NCBI GenBank assembly: GCA_009914755.4 | Contig: CP086569.2 | Coordinates: 4,736,001 to 4,800,000 of the forward strand | DNA length: 64,000 bases | Direction: 5' to 3' | Source: the human T2T-CHM13v2.0 reference genome, Homo sapiens | In this document: positions 1 through 14,465 of the stretch, piece by piece | Layout: each line of letters opens with the position of its first letter | Position numbering within the stretch: position 1 is the first letter of the stretch | Notes under the pieces: model-generated | Databases searched by the model: none | Seen by the model: only the letters and a program-made list of their open reading frames with translations | What the model was told of the DNA's origin: nothing | Program-made: the position numbers and the translations under genes

Positions 1-353
1 TGCATTTTAAACCCATGTTATAACAAAGAATAATGATTATATTTTGTGATTTGTAACAAATACCCTTTATTTTCCCTTAACTATTGAATTAAATATTTTA
101 ATTATTTGTATTCTCTTTAACTATCTTGGTATATTAAAGTATTATCTTTTATATATTTATCAATGGTGGACACTTTTATAGGTACTCTGTGTCATTTTTG
201 ATACTGTAGGTATCTTATTTCATTTATCTTTATTCTTAATGTACGAATTCATAATATTTGATTCAGAACAGATTTATCACTAATTAACAGAGTGTCAATT
301 ATGCTAACATCTCATTTACTGATTTTAATTTAAAACAGTTTTTGTTAACATGC

Positions 354-989
354 ATGTTTAGGGTTGGCTTCTTAATAATTTCTTCTTCCTCTTCTCTCTC
401 TCCTCTTCTTTTGGTCAGTGTTGTGCGGGTTAATACAACAAACTGTCACAAGTGTTTGTTGTCCGGGACGTACATTTTCGCGGTCCTGCTAGTATGCGTG
501 GTGTTCCACTCTGGCGCCCAGGAGAAAAACTACACCATCCGAGAAGAAATTCCAGAAAACGTCCTGATAGGCAACTTGTTGAAAGACCTTAACTTGTCGC
601 TGATTCCAAACAAGTCCTTGACAACTACTATGCAGTTCAAGCTAGTGTACAAGACCGGAGATGTGCCACTGATTCGAATTGAAGAGGATACTGGTGAGAT
701 CTTCACTACCGGCGCTCGCATTGATCGTGAGAAATTATGTGCTGGTATCCCAAGGGATGAGCATTGCTTTTATGAAGTGGAGGTTGCCATTTTGCCGGAT
801 GAAATATTTAGACTGGTTAAGATACGTTTTCTGATAGAAGATATAAATGATAATGCACCATTGTTCCCAGCAACAGTTATCAACATATCAATTCCAGAGA
901 ACTCGGCTATAAACTCTAAATATACTCTCCCAGCGGCTGTTGATCCTGACGTAGGCATAAACGGAGTTCAAAACTACGAACTAATTAAG
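354..989 (+). CDS. PCDH11Y: Protocadherin-11 first coding exon (N-terminal extension, signal sequence, start of cadherin EC1). ATG at 354, phase-0 GT donor at 990-995 (AAG|gtgcgt).
   Basis: The ORF-track frame 342..1052 reads [65 protein letters not shown]...DINDNAPLF...VQNYELIK, then a consensus donor gtgcgt. It joins in frame to SQNIFGLDV at 41750. The hydrophobic signal core (468..523) and a cadherin DxNDN motif are seen directly. The sequence matches my recollection of the PCDH11Y (Q9BZA8) N-terminus. The X copy would start MDLLSG. Confidence 0.85.
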
Positions 990-2759
990 GTGCGTTTTAA
1001 AATCACTTTGTTAAAGATATCATCTCATTTTTTAAAGAGTAAAATAAAATGATATTAATGTATTTCAAATTTTGAGTAAGCCATCACCCCAATTTTTCAA
1101 AATTTATGTAATTTAAAGCATAGTGGAGAAAATTCATCAATGCAGTTTTTGCAATTACATGTGGATTATGAATTTTCATGGTATGTATATTCATTTTCAA
1201 ACAGTTGTGTTTCCATTAATCTATAAAGGGATCAGACAAGGAGGTTAGCCCTGCTACTTACAAATCAGTAGTTTGCCCAGCTTCATTCTTTTAATCTGTC
1301 CAGTCATGCTTCTGCCAAAAACTTGATATAAGCAAATCATTAAGAATGAATCCATAAATCTGATTATCAATTTTTCCTAGTGATTACTTTAGATACACAA
1401 ATTTTATCTTGCCATTTGATATGGTGCCAAATAAATCTATTTGAGAGGTGACTAGAACAATTTAATTTATTACTAGCATTTCTGAACATATATAGATAAA
1501 TATTTTTCATGAGGATTTCAAGGTAAGGCAAGGTCTTTAGCATATCCTGAATCATCAAATTGAGATTAAATTTTAGTCAATGTTCTGTTAATGTTAAATA
1601 TTTTCTTTTTTTACAATTATTTGAAAACAGAGTGTTCATTTGTTGTAAAGGGTAAGTAAGCCTTTTAACAAAAAAGAGTCAATCAGTTAATTTGAATAAC
1701 CTATTCTGGCTTGATTTGGGTCTTAGGATGGAGAAGTTAGAGAGAAGAATAGATAGAATATTTGGTATTCTTCAAAATATGTGCAGAGGGGGCACATTTA
1801 TCAAGTTAATGATCAATTCTTTTAAATTACTTATATGTTATAAAGAGAAATAGATAACTCAGATTTGGGTATGTGAAATAGTACAATGCACTTGAATGAT
1901 CTTGGAAAATATATGTTAATGAAATAACTAATGTGCATGTTTCAGATAGATATGTTCAGGGGATTTTCACACTTTTATAAATATTCTGCCAAACTATGAT
2001 CTATATAATAACTAGTGTTAAAAATATGCCCCAAAACATATAAATAAGACATTCTGATATATATCATCTGAAGGTTTTGACCTGGAGGATATATAATATG
2101 GGAAAATTTCTCAACTAATGCTGATCTATTGTAAAGATATATTTATTTATAAATTCATTCAGGAATGGAAGGCTACAAACCTCTTGAGCAAATTTCGGTG
2201 AAATGCAGATATGTTTGAGTATATGAAGTGAAAACAGAAAGAGAAGGATTTGGAAAACAGGGAACTCTTGAATACTGTTGGTGGGAATGTAAATTAGTAC
2301 AACCACTAAGGAGAACAGTTTTGAGGTTCCTCAAAAAAACTAACATTTAGATGATTTTTAAGTGAGCACTTTGGGGTGAAGTTCCTGCAATGACATCTCC
2401 TTATCTGATGAAATGGAAAAATATTCAGGAGTCAGATAGATATGGATCACAGTTTTATGCTTACCTCTTACCAGACATGCTACTTTCAGCTTAATCTTTT
2501 TGACCTTTAATTTCTTCAGTCATAATATGAGGATGATAATATCACAGGGGCAGAATTGGGAAGAATAAGCACTTAGTATGGAGTAGACATACCTGCATAG
2601 AAGATTTTTGAACATGCTTTAAAACATTTAAGTACTTATAGAAATGTGAGGCTTATCACTTGACATAATAAATTGAGTAACAGAGTGGACAGTCTCTCTC
2701 TAAAGCAACACTTCACAACAGAATTTTCTGCAAGGACGGTAATCTGTGTGAGAACAATG

Positions 2760-2890
2760 CAGTAGCCACCAGTCACACGTTGCTGTAGAGTCCTTGAAAG
2801 TACTTAGTAGCTAGTGCTACTAAGGAACTAAATTCTTAATTAATTCCATTTTAATTTTAATAGCCACGTGGTTAGTGGCTATCATACTGC
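2760..2890 (+). repeat. Unclassified interspersed repeat copy with a palindromic tagccacgtgg/ccactaac core (probable old MER-type element)
   Basis: It shares order and motifs with 38190..38340: gtagccaccagtcacacgttgctgtagagtccttgaaa ... ttaattaattccattttaattttaatagccacgtggttagtggctatcatactgcacagcacag. Confidence 0.4.
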
Positions 2891-4272
2891 ACAGCACAGC
2901 CTAAACAAATAAAAAACGTTTATTTGGACAATAAAAATTAATAGATAAAATCAAAATGAGACCTTACCAAGTTTAAATCAGATATTAGCAATAGGGTCTC
3001 TTCAACTGACCATCTTGACAAATGTGTTGTTTTAAAACGTAGTGCTTTATTCAAAGAATAATTTTGTCATGTCTCCCTTAGGGCAGCTTAATGAACTTCC
3101 AAGAAATTTCTGATTTGTCTTGAAAGCTGCTTAACTAATTCAGATAAAACAAATAAGCCTGCTGGCATAATTTTAGCTTTGTTAAAATGTGCTTTCATTT
3201 GACATTCTTTGAAAGATTGTCAGCAAATGACAAAAAGTCTCACTACAGGTTCTTAGATGAGTCTTAGAAATGCTCTAAAATTTCTTTCTGTTTTAGAATG
3301 TGTGATAAGCCTAAAGTAACTATATGATGTGCCTAAAGTACTGAGGCATTTGTATGGCCCCGTGGACAAATACTGTTTTGACTGCTTGTTAAAAATAATG
3401 AGAATGGAACACAAAGCATAGCCCCAGGCATGCAGACAGCCATGACATGGGCGACTTTAACTGAATGCACTTTGACTCGCAAAAAGTCCCTGTCATGAAA
3501 GTGGCATATATGCTATGGGAAAGGAGACTTAAAGAAAAACAGAGAAAAGAAGCATGTGTTGATTCATCCATAAACTTTAGTAAATTTTACAATGTGAAAT
3601 AAGTAGGCCAACCATAATAATTTCTTTTAAAAATCCCTTTGTCCTGCAGAATAGGATGAGAATTTAATTAATATTAATTGGCTCTACTTTTGTTGAATAG
3701 ACAAGAATAGAAAAATCACCGTTTATCCTAACTAGGCTAATATAAAATGTATATGAATAGTTCAAATAGCAAAGGGAGAGAAGGGAGAAATATAGAGAAA
3801 AATTCTAGGAAAAAAGCTCAATTTAAATATTTAAATAGGTCAATTTATACATGAAGGTGTCCTATTTACTATTTGATATTAATTAACTGAAATTAAAGGC
3901 ATTGGTGGAAAATATTTATTAAATGTTTAAAATGTATGTAGTATAAAATTTCATAAGACTTAAAACTTAGAATATTTATTTCTAAAACTAATATATACAT
4001 ATATTAATTTAGCTTACCTTTTGATGACTTTCAGTATACCTTGGCACAAACAGGGAAAGTATTATTTCACATTTTAAATATTTGGAAAATGAGTTTCAGA
4101 GTGATAATGTATTATGCTTATCATCATATGACTGGTAAATGATAGAGGTAGGAACCAGAGTGCAGTTCCTGACTCCTAATCAACAGACAGATTGTAGATG
4201 GATAGATAACCTTCAGAGCAGGATCACTGCAAGTTCATGATACAAAACGAAAAGAGTGAAAGAAAGAAAAAA

Positions 4273-4565
<293 letters not shown>

Positions 4566-7500
4566 AAAAAAATTAAAAAGGGAAAAAGTGGGGGAATGAA
4601 GTGATTACCAAGTAATTCTGCTTGTTTAAAATATAAGTAAAAATAAAACTTATTTATGTGACTTTGATGCGATTAATTTTCAACTTTTTAATGGATCATG
4701 TTACTCTTTAAAGAAAAAAAATCATCTATAAGAGTTCTTGATGTTATTAATAGTTGCCACTTAAAAAAGAATCCAGATTTGAAAGCTTCTCTTTTCTCTC
4801 TTTCAAGTAAAATCATACTGCAATGCTAATTCCCTATATACATTATAGCTATTTACATACTCACACACATCGTACTACACATTGCAGTATTTGGAAGAAC
4901 TGTTGTTCAGGAGTAGGAAATCACAGATCTCTTTAACTTTCACTTTTTAATTCAGATGGCCTGTTATTTATAAAGCTTTTTAAAATATTGTAAGTATTTT
5001 TTGACAGGGAAGCCAACATTTTCACAAATAGAAACATCCCTCAAGCACCCAGTCTGACTCAGAATATGTATATAAACCACAGGGACTTCCTTCTTTTCTC
5101 ATGGTAGGAACTCAGGGGAAATTAGTTTATATAATGATGTTACGGTTATTTTTATTTTCTGCTTCAAATTTCCATCTTCCGTGGCATATATCAACAGTCA
5201 CATTTCTGTACTAGCCCAGTGACAGTGTGCTGATTGATTTCCTTAAGGCAGGCATGACAGTGTTTCAAAGGTTGACAATTTTTGTTGACAGAACATGAAG
5301 ATCAACTTTTTCTCAGATTAGTGATCCTACTCAAGGCCTTCCCTTGTTTCTACCCATCCCATAAGGCATCCTCATCTGTTCCATGAATCTCAAAAGATCA
5401 TTTAAACTGGGGTAGTCTTTTAACATAGTCAAGATGTTTGGGCCCTTGTTTTTATTTTAAGTAAACATCTTCCCCATTGATCAAAAGCTGGACTGGATTT
5501 ATGAAACTAAGGTTAGAATTAGATTTGTTTTGCGATCTGGGGTTAGAAAATCTAAATTGTGAAAAATCTCACCTACCACAAGATTTAGAAATCTTGATTT
5601 AAAATTGCCAAGAATGAGACATCAAATAATACATTGTGAAGACAAAGAGCAAGCAAACTTTGTTGTTCTGAAGAAATTAATATTTTTTAACATTATGTAA
5701 CCATAACTCAAAGTGATGTGTAACATTAGAAGTGAGTAAAGATTCATTGATGTCAGTGCAGAGAGAATATACTATAACAATGAGTATAACAATTTTAGAA
5801 AACTTACTTAGTTTATTTGCCTCCAAGAGGCTCAGAAGAGTTTGAATATAATGATTTCCTCATTTTTTCAAATATAAAATGAAGTTTCACTTAAAATTTC
5901 TCCATTTCAGCTTTAAGTTTACTTGATTTTATAGTCTCTGAATTCTATAATTTGCATATTAATATTTTTGATCTAATGTTAAAAAGCAAAAGAGATGACA
6001 ATCAAATGCTAACGACTATGAGGTTTCTGAAAGCTGGGGTTATTATCAAAGTACACTTCCACTGGGGAAAAAATGACAACATAAAACTCACTGTCTTCAT
6101 AAATGAATCTTTATTAATGCTGTCAGGTCTTAACAAATGAGAGTGTGACACTAATAGGATTAAGTAACTTTTGACTTCATTACTATTATCAGAGTCTTGG
6201 TTAGTGTTCATCGTCCACTAATGCCTTTTGTTAAATATATCTGTTATTAAAAATCCCACAGTATGGATGGACACTTATGGAACATAAGTTGGACATCGTA
6301 AATAGTTCAATTCTGGAGTTTATAAATTGAGGCTCTGAAGAACAAATGTGTTCCCAAATCTGAATGATCTACTCACATCATGCCTCTTAACTTAATATTA
6401 CCAACTAACTATAAGAAGCACCACTAAATTTTATGTTATTAGATACAGATTTATTGATCTGTTATTTCATTGTCCACTGTATCTAAGTAAAAATAAATTT
6501 GAACTTAATATTATTCTTGCCAAAGGAAATGACTTAAATCCTAAAATAAAAACATATTTTTATAAGACAAAATTAATTGGTATAGAATTATTTAATGAAA
6601 ACATGAGGTTGTATTACACAGATCTAATTGTCTTTAACAACTTTGATCAATGCTAATAATCTAAGATTATAAATATCCCAATGTGGGTAGTTTTCTTGGC
6701 ATAAATTATTCTTTTTGTCTACACTGATTTATATTGATTATATAACAACACTGCTGTGGAGACACTCTCTTAGTGAACTGAAGTGTGATCTTTCAATCTT
6801 AGATAAAATAAATTGATGGATTGGTAAGATTTCTGTATCAGAGGTGATGACACCTTGTATGAGAAGTGATGATAAAAGCAATAAGGTCATTCTGCAGAAA
6901 ACTTTCTGAGTTTGTTTGAGTTTTATCTATAAAATAATGTATCTATCTTCATGATTTTACCAGGGTATGAGTTTGGACCAGTTTTTGATGGAATTGGTCT
7001 TTAGCAAAAACTATAAAGTGCAGATGAAAACTAATTCTCACTTAAAAATCAAATACTGAAGAAATTAATATTCTCCCTTTTGTATTTATCAGTGTACAGT
7101 CATCTTCACAAAACTAATCAAGAATGAATAAATAATCTAGTAGCCTAATAGACCAAATAAATTGCTTTGACCACAAATTAAATTTTAGCCGATTGTTATT
7201 CAAGTGTCTTTCAATTTCCCAGTGCAGGTAGATGTCACTGGAGGAAGGAAAATATTGAGTCTAAGTTAATTAAATAACGCAGAACTTAATTTTCTTAATT
7301 ATTTTTGAAATGTCCTTTTTTCATTGGTCTTTTGCTTGCACAAATTATATCTTCACCAATCTATTCTACAAATAGGTAATAAAGTGTTTTATCCATAAAA
7401 TGTTAAATATCTATTACTAGAGCACTAAGGGCATCAAAATAGAATACATGTGGACACACACGTTTTAGCAATTAAAACTATAAAAATATCGCTAGTTATC

Positions 7501-8123
7501 TATTTTGTATTTCCTTTGAAATAGAAGAGGTACTTCTAGGTGAACAATCATAAGAAACCTATTGCTTATTATTTATACATTGGAAGAGTATTTAGTGGTA
7601 GCATGTTTTAATTGCTGCATGCACATATCTCTATACTTGCTGGTAAACTGAGGAAAGTAGTATAACGTCATATATAGGAAACATATTTTAAAAGACATAT
7701 TTTGCAAAGTAAGTGTGAATTTTGTTTCATTAAGCAAAACAAAGGATTTTAAAAGTTGAAAATCATAAAATGAAGTTTTGGATTTTCTAACCTAATTTAC
7801 ATTTGTCTTTGCGATCTCACTTAATCTGGAATTTTATTTTATGTAGAGTATTATCATGAATATTTCTCATCCTTTTACTTATTTTATATATAGAATTTCA
7901 TTATTTTAAGCTTCTTCAATACAATGAAGTGAAATTCTAAAGAATGAAAGGCTGTTCTATTAAATTTTGTCTAGATGTAACAATAACTGACTGCTAACTA
8001 ATATCTTAGTCTAATTCCAGTAATCTAAATTTAACACATATTTAATGAGTGCTCAATGTACAAAGTCTTGAGGGATAAAAAATGTGTTTGGAAAACAGTC
8101 AGTGTCCCCAAGGAGATTAATAA

Positions 8124-8550
<427 letters not shown>

Positions 8551-11264
8551 ATATTTATTATGTTGTAAGAACATTTTATCTTAAATTGATCATGCTGCCA
8601 TTAAGAAAATGGAATTATTTAAAGTTTTATTGTCTCAGAAAAGTTAAAATTTTATATCTATTTTTAGTAGATTTTTACCAAGCACTCTCATTAACTTATG
8701 ATATCTTATTTTGTTACTAGGTTTGCAATTATGGCAGTAATACTTTTTGCCAACATTTATCTGTACAATCATTTTGAGACTGGAAATAAAACGTTTTGAT
8801 GACAATGGTAATTCTTGTGCTAGTTGTGGTAATTACCTAAGTCTTTCTATTATCTTAATTCTCAAACTTGTTATCTGTGCCTACAATTCCTCTCCTATAT
8901 AATAGAGAAAATTAAAATTATCCTTATGTAGCATGCAGGGATATTATAAAAGCTAATGATATAAGTAAAATCTATAAAGTTTGCTGAGTACCCTGAAGAA
9001 AACTGTTCTGTAAACAATAGTTATGGGTTTTACTCTGTAGGTTGAGGTTAATTATAGTCTTTCACAATTTTTCTAAGACTTGATGCTTCATACTCCTTAA
9101 AAAGCCTATTTTACGACTTAAACTTAGTTTTCCATACATGTTTTATGTATGTATACAGAGAAAAATATGACAACATTAATCTATTTCTTGATCAGTGCCA
9201 CTGGCTCTACATTTTTTTCTGGACCTAGTTCAGTTTTTGTTTTGTTTTGTTTTGTTTTAAGTCTTCCACTTACCCTCTTTGGCTTATCTTTTGAATCAAA
9301 TGTCTCCTCTTCATTTGCCTTTGTCTCCTCGTGGCCCTCCATATGACAGTGATACTGCTAATATGAGTACTTTCTCATATACTGCCTCTACCATCTGGAA
9401 TTGCTTTATTTACATCTCATTCATATGACCTTATTTTTTTAAAAAAGATTTCCTCTCTTCTTTTCTTTTTTCAAGCTGAGAACTTATTTTCCTATCCCCT
9501 TTCTAAGACAATCACGACTGTTTTTTTTTTCCAGTAGATTTTGTAGAAGAGGTGTGTAATAACGTACTTGAACTTTTTTATTTTTAATTATTCTAAATTA
9601 AATAGGTCTTAAAATATCCTTTTTCAAGCAGAAGATTTGCTATAACAAGCCTTTCCTGGATGCTAGTATGTTTTTCTGGCTTATAAGAGAGCCAAGATAT
9701 CCTCTGAGGACAAGAGTTGTTTAGAAGAATTCATTTAAAATAGTTTGACCAGGGAAATATAGCAGAATAAACAGCCTGCATCCTAAGGACAGTGGAACAA
9801 GGGGAGCATTGCTGTCAGTAATGCAAATAACAAAGTAAATGGTTAACAGAAGAACGAAGTTGTGTTCTAGATAATCATACACTGCCTCTACGGTCTGGAT
9901 GCATGAATTCTAGAGAAACAATTTAATGGACTATAAATAAATTAAGAAGTTTAATACTTTATAGATTACTTTTAGTTGAACAGAGTGCTTTATTTAAGTC
10001 ACTGAATGATTATATGCATGAATTTTAGATTGCATATAGATATCAAAAAGCCAAAGAATATGATCATGCTTAGCTACAAGCTAATGCATATTCAATTAAC
10101 TCCCATTAAACTACCTTCAATAAATAAGTAAATATAAAATGAAGGCTACTTACATTGTTTGAATACACAATATAATAAGATTCTGATGCTGATTATTTGA
10201 TTTTGTGTTTAGTGGTTTCATACTGCTTTTGCTTGGAGGATGTAAGTATTTAACAGATCCTGTGTGTTTCAGGAGGCATTTAAATCTTTTAATTTTGCTG
10301 TGAGGAAAGTTATTCCTAAGGGATCAGTCACAGATAGCTATATTACCCCCATCAAATGCATCATTTTCCTAGATTCCAAACCCTATGTAGAAATCTCCAA
10401 GTTGAAGAAGTAACAATGACCATGCTATCAATGTTTAATCCTTTGGAAACCATAGTAATGGTATAGGAATGCACCTTTTTAACTAGAAGTACTCATGGGC
10501 CTGGAAAAGTGAAGATGACCTCATGGGGGAATGGATATATGGCCCTAAACTGGAAAATCATTGGCTGGCTTCTGTATAGGCTATTTATAGCCCATTTATT
10601 CATCTGCAGCTTTTAAGATTCTAAACATTTCTCTATAATCTATTTTCCCTATAGTTTGAGGTTAATTATACTCTGTTTATCTATATGTTTAAGATCAATT
10701 ACCTAACTGCTAAAATGAAAGCATTTTCATATAGCTAGAGCTCTCACACAGAAAACTAGTTTACGTGTAAGGTAACCAGTTTAATAAAACTGATAATCTC
10801 TTTAGCTCTTAGAAATTGGATTTTAATTATTTATCTAATAGACAAGACTTCTTAAGCTATATTTTCTACTCAAATATACTAATGGAAATGTAAGTAATTT
10901 AAAATTTTTCTCCAACTGTTTTGTGGATGTTTTGTAAACTGTAATCTCATTGTAACTATGTCTGGTGTTCTACAATCTAGACTATAAAGGTGTGAAGCAA
11001 AAAAAAAGATTTCTTTCTGAAATAATGTTTTGCATTACTATTTTACACCACAAAATAGTGACTGGCCTTATTTAGGTATTGATTAATGTAAAAAATGGCA
11101 TTTTACCCAATAACCTTCCTGTTATTACCAGGCAACTATGAAATTTAGTGACACAATTATTTTTGTTTCTTTTTTTCATCTTAAGGAACAAGTTCTTAAT
11201 TAGATTCGATACAGCTATAAGTAAACATAAACTATGTTCTTATGTAACCTCAAGAGTTATTTTA

Positions 11265-11578
<314 letters not shown>

Positions 11579-12073
11579 TTAAAGTGTCTCCATGCCTTGT
11601 TACACAGTTCATTGACAATTGTTTAATCTGTTGCTGCTAAGTTTCCTTAAATTTGTGATTATTTCAATGAGTTAGTGATAGTTTATTCACCCATATTTGT
11701 GGTGCATTGCCACAAGGAATTATTGACACTTCTTTTTACTGACAACAGCTTTTTTGTTTTGTGTTTACAGTGTGATGTTGAGAGTTTTGTTGTTTCCTCA
11801 CAAATAACTGACTGCATAACTCTATGCTTTCCTACATGGTTAGCAATTGCTATTTCATGAAAAATTGGATTTGCTTTCCTAGTTGCAGTTATCAGTCGGT
11901 GCTTCTTAAAAAGATAGCTGTTTATTTTGATGACTGCTTAGGCAATATTTATTATTAAGTATTGCTTTCTCAAATGATTTTTCACAGAGGCAGTGGACAA
12001 ATGGTTTGACCTGTACAGTGTACAGTGTACAAAGATTCATTTTGTAGCTTAAAGAATGAATTATCTTTGTGTC

Positions 12074-12076
<3 letters not shown>

Positions 12077-12117
<41 letters not shown>
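12077..12117. repeat. (TG)n microsatellite
   Basis: Dinucleotide run read directly. Confidence 0.95.
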
Positions 12118-12119
<2 letters not shown>

Positions 12120-12290
12120 TATAGAGACAGGGTCTCACAGTGTTACCCAGGCTGGAGTGTAGTGGCTTTGCACAGGCACAACCATGGCATGCTACAGCCT
12201 TGAACTCCTGGGCTCAATCAATTCCCCTGCCTCAGCCTCCTTAGAAGCTGAGACTACAGGCTAGCACTACCAGGCCCAGCGTTTTTTGTA
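12118..12290 (-). mobile_element. Partial Alu monomer (FLAM/FRAM-like), antisense
   Basis: agagacagggtctcacagtgttacccaggctggagtgtagtggc...gcctcagcctcc. Confidence 0.6.
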
Positions 12291-13149
12291 CATTTTTTAA
12301 TCTGTATTTTATCCTCATATGAATTTTTGTTATCTATTTGCCTTGTATAATATTAGGATGGGTATATCATTTATCCTCCAAATTAAGATTAAACAGGGAC
12401 ATTAAATTAAATTAAACAGGGACAACCAGAATATATAGTCACAATATTTAAAACCCCAAATTTCTACAGTAATTCCTTCTTTTCCATTTTACATCCTTCT
12501 TCTCAAGGTCTGGTCTACCTTGAGCCAGAGAGCTGCCATCTTCTGCAAAACATCAATGGGGTCAACTATTATTTGCACAAACTTGAACTTCACTCTGTTT
12601 TAATTTAGCAGAGCGACTCTCAGGCTGACTTGGTTCTGTTGGCAAAAGACTAGCTTCTGAAGAATTGTCTAACAGCAGAAACGCTGTCATCAAGCTTGTA
12701 CATAGGGTGAATTTTTTTCTGAGCTGGCATTGTTCATCTAATGTAGTGTTTTCTAAAGCTAAATTTTACACACACACAAAAAAAACAGACATGGAAAACG
12801 GGCATAATTGCATTTAGAATTATGTTACTTTTGGACATAAGATTTCTATTTCCTTTGATACTATTCAAATAGATGAAGACTATGTCGTTTGCTTCTATGC
12901 ACTGATCCACAAAATGTAGGAGGTATTAAATGTCTTGCCAAGTTACTAAACAAGTAAAGTTTTCAGAAGCTCAATGTGTGACCGAGTTTCTCCTTTTCTA
13001 CACATATTTCCCTAAATAGCCATTTGTCTACAGGCCATTTGAGTATAGCCTGAAGACAGGATGAGATACAGAACCACTTAAGCAGCTTTCCAAAATGAGG
13101 TTTTAGATTGTAGAGCCAAAGCTCTGAGTGGTTTTTGTAAGAGAGGAAT

Positions 13150-13303
13150 TTTTTTTTTGTTTTTTTTTTTTCTTGAGACAGAGTCTCGCTGTTGCCCAGG
13201 CTGAAGTGCAATGACGCGATCTCGGCTCACTGCAGACTCCGCCCCATGGGGGTTCACTCTATTCTCCTGCCTCAGCCTCCCGAGTAGCTGGGACTACAGG
13301 CAC
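13150..13303 (-). mobile_element. 5'-truncated Alu (right arm only), antisense, poly-T leader
   Basis: tttttcttgagacagagtctcgctgttgcccaggctgaagtgcaatgacgcgatctcggctcactgca...ctcagcctcccgagtagctgggactacaggcac. Confidence 0.8.
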
Positions 13304-13379
13304 ATTCTTTATGACTTTATCTCCATGGACATATTCTTCATAAATATTTAGAACAGCTTATACTGTCTTCTATTATACT

Positions 13380-13625
13380 GGCTTGAAGATAATTGATACC
13401 ATTGATGCAGGATCAAGTGTTGTCTCTTTGTTCATCTACATTACAAAACATGGTGTCACCAATAATCTAATTGTTTTTGTTATACTTTCCTATGTTACTG
13501 GTTTGAAGATAATCGATACCATTGATTTGGGATCAAATTTGTATTTTGCTGTTTTTCTCCATTCATCAACAGTACAAAATGTGCTGTCACCCATAATAGT
13601 TTATTTTTGCATCGTATGTTTTGGA
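13380..13625. repeat. Tandem duplication, about 2 x 120 bp
   Basis: ggcttgaagataattgataccattgatgcaggatcaa... recurs as ggtttgaagataatcgataccattgatttgggatcaa... about 120 bp later, with each copy ending ...ttgtttttg / ...tttatttttg. Confidence 0.75.
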
Positions 13626-14235
13626 TTTCTACATTCATTTGCCTGAATTTTTCACTCAGGGTTTTGGATATTATATATTTCATATGCAGCATGTATCATT
13701 TGTTGGTGACTTAAATGCCTGTATCCTATTATAACAGAACTAATCACTTTTCTAAAGATAAGTATAAGTTTGGTCCACAAAAAAATTTCTATGTGCATTG
13801 ACTCATTGAACCTGCTACGATGAAGACTTCTACTTTACAATTCAACTATGCATATCAGGATTACTGATTTCTTTATATGACATTACTTATGAAAAGAAGT
13901 AATTTTATGAATTACTAAACACTTTCCAAGTATGTTTATTTTGAAACTTGCCTTTAATTAATAGAGATAGCTTGAATATTTAGCATAGTCCCTAATAAAA
14001 ATAATTGAATTAAATTTAAGTATCTAGTCAATAGAATTAATAGCAATTGCTATAAACCTAAATAATTATGGTGATAATAAAAATCAAGTTAAATACAAGA
14101 TGTGGTATAGGGGTTCAGTTAGCTTAATAATCTAATGTTTTACTAGTCCACATTCAATTTTAGAGTAATGATGTTGAAAATGCAAATTACTTATTATTAG
14201 GTTCCTTAACTTTACTATTTATTTGCTTTTTAGTT

Positions 14236-14465
14236 TTTTTAAAGTTTTATTTTAGGTTTAGGAGTACATGTGCAGGTTTGTTATATAGGTAAACTCCTGT
14301 CTTGGGGGTTTATTGTACAGATTAATTCATCACCCAGGTACTAAGACAGGTAAGTACCCAATAGTTATTTTTTTCTGCTCCTCTCTCTCCTCTCACCCTC
14401 CACCCTAAAGTAGGCCCAATATCTGTTGTTCCCTTCTTTGTGTCCATGAGTTATCTTTATATTAA
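14236..14465 (-). mobile_element. L1 3'-end fragment (antisense)
   Basis: ttttaggtttaggagtacatgtgcaggtttgttatataggtaaactc...cctccaccctaaagtaggcccaatatctgttgttcccttctttgtgtccatgagtt matches the antisense L1 3' terminal region. Confidence 0.7.

Noticed and set aside
342-353. ORF-track start at 342 (MLTC...), 12 nt upstream of my CDS start
   Set aside because: The track evidently allows TTG/GTG starts (342-344 is ttg, and 41735-41737 is also ttg). The first real ATG in frame is at 354. The large-exon 'M' at 41735 is intronic acceptor-tract sequence, and the exon begins at 41750.
400-520. Possible CpG island or promoter at the first coding exon
   Set aside because: There are only a handful of CpGs and the surrounding sequence is AT-rich. 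The true PCDH11X/Y promoter and 5'UTR exons lie further upstream, outside this window. The 5' boundary of this exon (possible acceptor near 329, aaaacag) cannot be fixed from sequence alone.
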